Below the pieces are notes generated by a model, which was given only the letters and a program-made list of their open reading frames with translations, made no database searches and was not told where the DNA came from. A DNA stretch of 63,740 nt, filler included, from Saprolegnia diclina VS20 (Eukaryota): the NCBI RefSeq assembly GCF_000281045.1. It is 8 parts of 3 records of this genome, joined end to end, with 100 filler letters (N's around TTAATTAATTAA, not from the genome) between each part and the next. Parts side by side here need not be neighbours in the genome. Positions count along the whole stretch, not along the records: positions 50,493 to 60,591 come from NW_008246078.1; positions 60,692 to 62,287 come from NW_008246078.1; positions 62,388 to 63,740 come from NW_008246079.1; 5 more parts are not named here. One strand, written 5' to 3'. Positions 56,743-63,740 of this stretch are shown one piece after another; within the stretch, counting starts at the first letter, position 1, and each line of letters starts with the position of its first letter. Made by a program: the position numbers and the translations under genes.

Positions 56743-58706
56743 CTAGAGCATCATGAGGTGCGTGGGCGCTTGGCCCGTCGTTGCGCGCGGAAGCTCGCCT
56801 TTAGCTGGTTCACTTGCCCAAGAACTGCGGGCACTCTCCACTTGAAGGCGCGCCTGCAGCGCCGCAAGCATCTCGTCGCGCAAGTCGACAGCGAGCTTTG
56901 GCCAGCGCTGCGTAAACTCTTCCAGCAATGGGAGGAGGACGCGTACCGCGCGCTCGATCGGCAAGGCGGTTCCCTCAGCGTTCTCGAGCACAGTGTCGAG
57001 CTGCGTCAGAATATAGTCGCCGCAATGCGGGGCCACCTCGTTAAAGAAGCCGAGGGCGCCGGCCATGATGTAGCGGCGCGTCTCAAGCTCCCGCTCCTCC
57101 TTGTCGACCGGGACAGGTCCTTGGAAAAAATAGGGCACGACGATATCGAGGGCGCTTGCTGTCGTAAGGAGGCAGGTCGTGGCTGTCGCGACCACTCGAG
57201 CCAAGTACTCGATCAGCCGCGCCGGGATCGTATGGCGCGCCGCGAGGGCGATGATGCCGCTGACGATGCCAAACTTCATGTCGTCGTCTGTCGCGTCGAG
57301 CATCGTGTCCATCTCGCCGCATAACGTGGCACCTCCGTCGTCGAGCTGGAGACGCAAGAGGAGGTTGCCGGCAGCGGCGACCGGCGACTTGAAGATATCG
57401 TAGCAGCCATGCACGCGGTGAGCGACGTCCCGCACAGTCCAACTCCCAAGGGAAACGCGTGGGTTCTTGGCGACCGCAAACGCAATCGCCGGCGAGAGCA
57501 CAAACATGCTAGGAAACGAGTCGTCGTTGCGCGGAATGCACGCTAGAATCGGCGCCGGCAACGTCCCTTGGACATTCGCATTTGGCGTCAAATAGGCCTC
57601 GAGCAGGAGGCAATTTTTGAGCAGCTGCATCGCGGCGTCGGTGGCGGCATTGTTGTTGGGGTACTCCGGACACATGGATATGACGGTGCTGACCTTGCAC
57701 GCCGCGCGAAGCGTCCCGTACGCTGCTGCGATTTGCCCACGGGCGTTCGGTTGGTGCTCCAACGGCGGGCAAATGGGCTCGTCCGCAACCCCCGCGAGGC
57801 TCGCCAGTAGTGCAAACGGGATGTGCACCGTATTAGCCGGTGACGTGGCGCCCCACCGCGCCAGTAACATGTCGACAGCAGGCGCGAGCGTCGCCCAGCC
57901 GTACCGCGCCAAGCACGCGTGCACCTTGGGGCCAACGAGGTGCATTTTCGGGTGGTCTTCGTTCTCAGCGCTTAGGTCGAGGCACTGCTGCAGCAAGCTC
58001 ACATGGTCGAGATCGAGAAGGATTTGCAAAACGCTGGCACAGAGAGGCTCGGCTTCGTGGGTTCGCGCCAGCCACACGTCGGTGAGCTTCAAGCTATTGC
58101 AGTGATTGACGACGCGGCCGCGGTTGTGACGCCGTGCGTGACCCAGGTCGGCGTCGTTGCCCACCATCTCGACGAGCGCTGCGACCATGTCCTTGACCGA
58201 TGCATAGCCAAGGAGCAACGTATCATCGGGCGCGCCAGAGAGCACGTCCTGGACGTACGCCAGTGCGTCGGCGATACCGAGTTGCCGAAGGCGGTGCTGT
58301 GTGGGCCAAAACACCAACGCCGACGTCGACTGTCGGTGTTTGCAGAGGAAGTACACGACGTCACTGTTGTCGAGACTTCGAAGGACGAGCGATGGAATCG
58401 CATCCGTGTCTCGGGCGACGACCGACGTGATGCGTCCAGTGTCATCGTGTGTCGTGAGCACCAGATCGTAGCCGCTTGCATCGTCGAGTACGTCGACAAG
58501 CGCCCGATGCCTTGCAACTGCGAAAACGCAGTCGTCGTCGTTGTGGCGACACCGACACGACGATGGTACAACGACGGCAGGGTCGCGATCGCACGCAGCT
58601 CGCTGACAACCTCGTCCACGTCGGCCTCGGAGGGTGCACTTGCCGTCAAAGCGAGTCGATTCATCACCGTGTCGTAGACGGGATCGAGGTCTTGCGTCGT
58701 TGTCAT
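56743..58706 (-). pseudogene. Related family member lacking the oxygenase-like domain, with a frameshift near 58505
   Basis: MTTTQDL...AFSQLQG (one frame) joins RALVDVLDDASGYDLVL (another frame), matching SFNALSGHERDLVHALVLSGDFDVAL of the paralog. Shares LVFWP, YGWATL, LLASLAGV..PICPPL. Confidence 0.65.
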
Positions 58707-58978
58707 GGCTATCGTCGGTACTCGGATAAAGAGAGAATGAGCTGTCGATACCAAGTGCATGGGAGCCATCCATTGCTCAAGCGCGCCATGTTGGGAAACG
58801 CCCCGTGGAATGAGGCGCTTGCGAAGATGGCCCTCGGTTCGCCTTGACGCTCGACATCGCGATATCGAACTAGCTAGCTCTTTCACGCTTGTGTAGAGAA
58901 TTCGTCACTCATGTTCGGAGTCTATTGAGAATGAGATGCTCGTATGCTTCAACGTCAACTTGACGCGGCCGTTTCTTT

Positions 58979-59014
58979 GGGCGCAAAATTGCTACCGGTA
59001 GCATTTTTGCACCC
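58979..59014. repeat. 36-bp imperfect palindrome centred on TACCGGTA
   Basis: GGGCGCAAAATTGCTACCGGTAGCATTTTTGCACCC, about 100 bp downstream of the phosphatase stop. Confidence 0.7.
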
Positions 59015-59119
59015 GAAGTGCCCATCGCAACACAAACGCAATAGTTCAAGACACAAAACATCGACGAATTCATAGTCCGCAAGAGCAACCCTAATCGCAC
59101 CAGACACCTTGACGTGGAC

Positions 59120-60490
59120 TTAGCACGCGGGCTTGGCGCGGCGCTTGATCTCGACCGAGTCAAACATGGTCGTCGTCTCGCCGTTGGCACGGAAGTGGAT
59201 GGTCAACTTGTCATCGTCGGCAATCACACGCGCGTGGCCGTAGAGCGAGCTCGACATGGACTTGGACCACTCGGGAATCGGCTTGATCGCGCCCTGGTAG
59301 AGACCGTGGCCGCCCGTGCCGACCGTAAAGTACGTCGGAGCACCTTCCGTGATTTTGTTTTTAAACACTGGCGCCGTGCGCTCGTACGAGTGGACGTGGC
59401 CCGACATGACGGCGTCGACACCGTGCTGGTAGTAGAGGTCCTCAAACTTGGCCTGGAGACTGCAGTGGGGCTGCTTGCGGACGTCGCCGAGCTTGCCGCC
59501 GTCGTTGGTCGAGTTCATGTAGTAGTTGCCCTTCCAGCACGACTCGGGGTCCGGGATCTCAAACTTGATGGGCGAGCATTGGCACTGGTGCTTGAGCCAC
59601 GAGTTGTAGTACGCGTTGTGCTTGAAGACGATCGTGTACGGCGTCGCTTCACGGTTAACGCTCGCAAGGTCCTTCTTGAGCCAGTCGAGCTGCTGGTTGC
59701 GGTGCGCAAACCAATACTCCGAGCCAATGTTGTTCTTGCCAAGGACACCCGTGTAGTCGTCGAGGAAGATGGCGTGGATGTTGCCAATGTTCTTCGAGTA
59801 CCACGTGCGGTGGTCCTTGGAAGCGTCAGCCGAGATCGGCGTCACAATGCGGTTGATGTACGCGGAAAAGTACTCCGAGTCGCACTCGGGGTGGTCGTAG
59901 TTGACGCCGTCACCCTGGATCACCTCGTGGTTGCCCGTGATGCCGAGAAGGGGCACCTTGGAGAAGAGCGGCTGCGTCTCCTGGAGCCACTTGTCCCAGT
60001 CTTCGTGGCAGCCGTTGGCGTACGACCAGTCGCCAGCAATGATGACCGCATCCGGCTTGGTGCCCTTGAGGTCGCTCGCCATGTTGGCGATGGTATCACC
60101 AACCACGTCACTGCCCACGTCACCGACGACCGAGAGGACAGTCTTCTTGGTGGCCGCGGGAATCGACTTGAAGGTACCAGTGAACTCCTCGATCGCGTAC
60201 GTGTACGTGGCGTCCGGCGTCAAGTTGCAGAGCATCGCCGTGTGGAGGTTGGGCGAGTTGTACTTGTACTTGCTGCCTTCGATCTTGTAGGTATGGACGG
60301 CCGACGTCGCCGACTTGCCCGTGTTGCCAACACCGTACTTGACCGTCAACGGCGTCGACGAATCACTGGCAAAGGCGACCGACACACCGTCCTTGCAGTC
60401 GACAGCCTCGGACGAGAGACCGACGTGGACCTGCGAGACCTTGGCGGCGCCAACGAGAGCGAGACCAGCGACGCTGAGAAGGAGCTGCAT
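59120..60490 (-). CDS. Secreted purple acid phosphatase (calcineurin-like metallophosphoesterase)
   Basis: Signal peptide MQLLLSVAGLALVGAA; FN3-like N-domain; metal motifs GDVG, GDWSY, GNHE, FKH, GHVHSYER; intronless. Confidence 0.92.
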   Translation of the reverse strand: MQLLLSVAGLALVGAAKVSQVHVGLSSEAVDCKDGVSVAFASDSSTPLTVKYGVGNTGKSATSAVHTYKIEGSKYKYNSPNLHTAMLCNLTPDATYTYAIEEFTGTFKSIPAATKKTVLSVVGDVGSDVVGDTIANMASDLKGTKPDAVIIAGDWSYANGCHEDWDKWLQETQPLFSKVPLLGITGNHEVIQGDGVNYDHPECDSEYFSAYINRIVTPISADASKDHRTWYSKNIGNIHAIFLDDYTGVLGKNNIGSEYWFAHRNQQLDWLKKDLASVNREATPYTIVFKHNAYYNSWLKHQCQCSPIKFEIPDPESCWKGNYYMNSTNDGGKLGDVRKQPHCSLQAKFEDLYYQHGVDAVMSGHVHSYERTAPVFKNKITEGAPTYFTVGTGGHGLYQGAIKPIPEWSKSMSSSLYGHARVIADDDKLTIHFRANGETTTMFDSVEIKRRAKPAC

Positions 60491-63400
60491 AGTGCGCAAT
60501 GTCGAGCAAGTTGAAAAATGAACATCTTGGGCGCGATGGCGCCGGCGTCGGTCGTCCGTCGTGCGGCCGGGGACCTTCATGTCTCATACCANNNNNNNNN
60601 NNNNNNNNNNNNNNNNNNNNNNNNNNNNNNNNNNNTTAATTAATTAANNNNNNNNNNNNNNNNNNNNNNNNNNNNNNNNNNNNNNNNNNNNAAAAGAGGT
60701 ACGTGAATGGTCCGCGTTCGTCGGCTAGACGTTCGGTGGCGACAGCAGCTTGGACGCTCTCGAGGGTCTGAAATGGCGTCGATCCAATCGTCGTCATCTA
60801 CCGGCACTTGGGAATGCAAGGATGGGAGGTGTGTGTCAATAATTGGAGACTGTTGCGACATACGCGAAACTGCGCACTTCTTTGGTGCTCCCCAAGGTTG
60901 CTAGCGGTTGCTGAAGTGGGTCTTTTTATACTGTAGATAAAACTAAGCTTAGTTTAAAATGTCGAACTTTTTTCGTTGTGTCCGATTGGTTGAGGAACTT
61001 GATCTCAGCAGCGCGACCCGCAGGATAAGGTGCTGGCGCGGCCACTCGTGTTGGGCGGGGGTTGCTAGCGGTTGTGGATGAAACGTACTTCAACGAATTA
61101 TGCTGATGGCGTCATGTGCAATGCTAGCGTTGACGATCGCGTGGGACTGCAATGACGTGGGAGGCTGCCGTGCCACCAACCCTTGGGTGTGAATTGCAAC
61201 CTGAAAAGTGATCGGCATGCGTGTCAGTCAAATCAAACGGTTCTTTGGAGGCAGCTTTAGACCATGAATTGCTCCTGTACCAGAATGCCCGGGGGCATCG
61301 ACGGGTGTAGGTCTTATCGACAGAAACGTCCTAACTCTAGTGCAAATTAGGTGTCAAAAGGTAGTCAGGGTAGGGCTAAACGCCGACAGCTGACCAATTA
61401 GTGATCTTTTGTTCGCCTCCGACGTCCCAACGCTCTACCACTGGCTTTGCAGTTTATGACGAATCAAATGCGCAGAAAACTTGGCCCTGTTTCCTCAAAA
61501 CGTTAGCAGGCCGATAGCGGTACATACTATGACCGATCTGACCTCATGTCATCTCACCAAGTGTGCTACACCCATCGCGAATGATGCTCTCCTGTCGTAG
61601 TCAGCGTGCCGGTCTGGTTATGCACCTCGATTCGGACAAGACAGAGTAGGCTGCTAACGAGCTCTAGACGCCTCCGCTTGGTCGCTCAAGTAGCTCGCTC
61701 GTGTATCGTTCCAACCTCCTGTATGTGTTGGCTAAACTCTAAAAAAATCTAGACCCCATCAAATATTGGCGGCTGCCTGGGTTTGAAGTCGTGGCCATGC
61801 GTTCTTAACGGGGCTTTTCGATGCCTTCCGCGCCCAAGGCACAATTCTGCAACTCAACGAATCAACTGGTTAATCTGAAGCCCAACTATGTCTGTTCGAG
61901 ATACGTTTATGCTGTGCCCTTCACAAGAAGTGTTCGGGTAGCCCCACACAGGACTCAACTCTGTGTCCCTGTTGTGGCTCGATACGGCCGGTACGTGATT
62001 GCATGATTACAGTTTAACGACCCGGTTTGTTCGAAGGGTTGTAGGCAGGGCTGTGGCGGCGACTTCACAAAAGCACTAGAGTTTGTAATGTCGTAATGTG
62101 TTTCTTCAATCGCAGTACGTGCGTTCCTCACCCTATTTTATTCCGGAGCATTTTGATCCCGCACAGTGGATATTTCCTCCACGCCTTTGTCGCTCGGCTG
62201 CGGTGAATATTTGTGTTGGCTGTGATGAATATAAGTAAAAGATGTTATTCCATGTAGTCCAAACGTTCGCATGTGTGGTGTTCTCTGNNNNNNNNNNNNN
62301 NNNNNNNNNNNNNNNNNNNNNNNNNNNNNNNTTAATTAATTAANNNNNNNNNNNNNNNNNNNNNNNNNNNNNNNNNNNNNNNNNNNNGACATATGTTGCG
62401 TGAACGCAAGTTCAATGTGAGGTCGTCGCAACCGCTTTGGCAAGTGCAATGATGAATCCCATCGTTGTCGCTCCGATAAGTGGTCGACAATCAAGGTAGC
62501 TCGACAAGGAAACGCAGCTCTCAGCAATCGCTCCAGCGCACCGACCGGTGGTGGCGGCTGGAGAAGCTCGTTGTCAACGCCGGTGGTGGCGTTGGAATGT
62601 GATTGAGCCGACTCCAAGCATGACAAAAGATAGCAAACTCGCGATCGTCTCGTGCAGCAGGGTGCTGAACCACCTCGCTTCCAGACCGTTGGCGTTCAAG
62701 GTCGAGTAGAGCCCTTGGTAGTGGCAGTACGAGCGCTCGTCGTCGGCTCTGCGCGAGCACACGGTCGCATGGCTTCATTGTTGAATTGTGTCTCTTCTTG
62801 CTCGCGCTGCTTCTTTCGACTGCAGTAGGCGCAGACGGCGACGAGAGGATAGAGCAGCTCAAAAGCCAGCCTGGAATCACTACACAGCAGCAGCAGCAAC
62901 ACCAAGCGTCGATGAATCGAAAGAGGCTACTGTCGCGAAGGGTGTCGTTGAGCGCAGCATACGTTGACGTCCGCAGAAGCGAGACATGAGCGGACCTCGG
63001 CACCGCCGCAAGACGCCACCTCGTATACGGACGCGCTGTTGCTGTGACAAGCAGTCGCGCTGCACAGGCGACGCTAGGAACGAGGCCCACGCCGACCAAA
63101 GATCGTTCTTGACACAGTCAGCTTCTTGCATGCGCCGCCACGCCAGCACAGCGCCGAGAGGTCCGGAGACACAGTGCGCGAGGTTCCCGTTGGCTTCAAA
63201 GAGCGGAAGCCGCCGCTTCGCCGCCCAGCACCACTCGTTTGAGCCAGAGTAGCCTTCGCTGCCCCAGTGCACTCGACGCGCGGGTCCGCACGGCGCTGGA
63301 AACGTCGAAAGACTCGTATCGTTGTTGCTACTGGTCTGATTGCCTTCGTACGCGGCCAGCAGCGGCAAGAGGTCGTCGACGTTCTCGCCAAGCAGACAGT

Positions 63401-63740
63401 TGACGTACAGTACGCGCACTAAAGATAGGCCACCTGGGGTTCACACACTTCTAGCTGTCTAAAGTGGCAATGAATAGTTGTCAATCGTGTCATAATACTT
63501 GTTCATTGATATGCCAAGTTTTCATGCACGTAGGATACGATTTGAGGTCAAAAATGAAAAAAAACATGCGATTTTTTCGAATTTTGGTGAAATAAAGATA
63601 GGCCACTTGGATATTTTGTGGTGTTTGGAGACCCGTGAGGCAATCCCAATGCAAGGGTTTTGTACCCTTTCATGCTATAACGTCAAGGCACCATGCAGGC
63701 CTACTCGCAACGAGCTTTTCGTCGTTTATCTAGCCATTTT

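Noticed and set aside
12287..62387. Seven TTAATTAATTAA motifs as a biological repeat
   Set aside because: Always centred in exactly 100 bp of N; this is a six-frame stop linker added during assembly. It also weakens any clustering argument that crosses these joins.
62388..63419. Possible degraded gene on the minus strand
   Set aside because: Short ORFs in several frames with no recognisable domain.
63420..63610. Direct repeat TAAAGATAGGCCAC at 63420 and 63593 as a TSD
   Set aside because: No TIRs, poly(A) tail or other copy visible, and it lies near the window edge; cannot be classified.

Overview
Eukaryotic, GC-rich, gene-dense genomic DNA with short (about 40-55 nt) GT-AG introns, CCAAT boxes and oomycete-type gene families. 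It is most likely a Saprolegniales oomycete (Saprolegnia/Achlya-like); that assignment is an inference. The window is a draft scaffold with seven artificial 100-bp N44-TTAATTAATTAA-N44 joins and three sized N gaps, so gene adjacency across joins is uncertain. Housekeeping genes: PIG-W/GWT1, ARPC4, RsfS/Iojap, 2-isopropylmalate synthase, NIPA Mg transporter, ABCC transporter, and PX-, PH- and FHA-domain proteins. Redox genes are over-represented: a nucleoredoxin-like protein, three flavodoxin-fold FMN reductases, a CaaX-tailed cytochrome b5, two N-terminally anchored thioredoxins, two N-myristoylation-motif flavohaemoglobin-like proteins and a GST. Also present: intronless bacterial-looking genes (Eis-like GNAT, MBL-fold hydrolase), an array of degenerate 2OG-Fe(II)-oxygenase-like genes, a purple acid phosphatase plus its pseudogene, a 1260-bp TIR DNA transposon with an 8-bp TSD splitting a membrane-protein gene, and two MITE-like hairpins. 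The best candidate for an undescribed system is the group of lipid/membrane-anchored redox proteins at 29.5-40.1 kb. Spliced gene boundaries were read by eye and are approximate.
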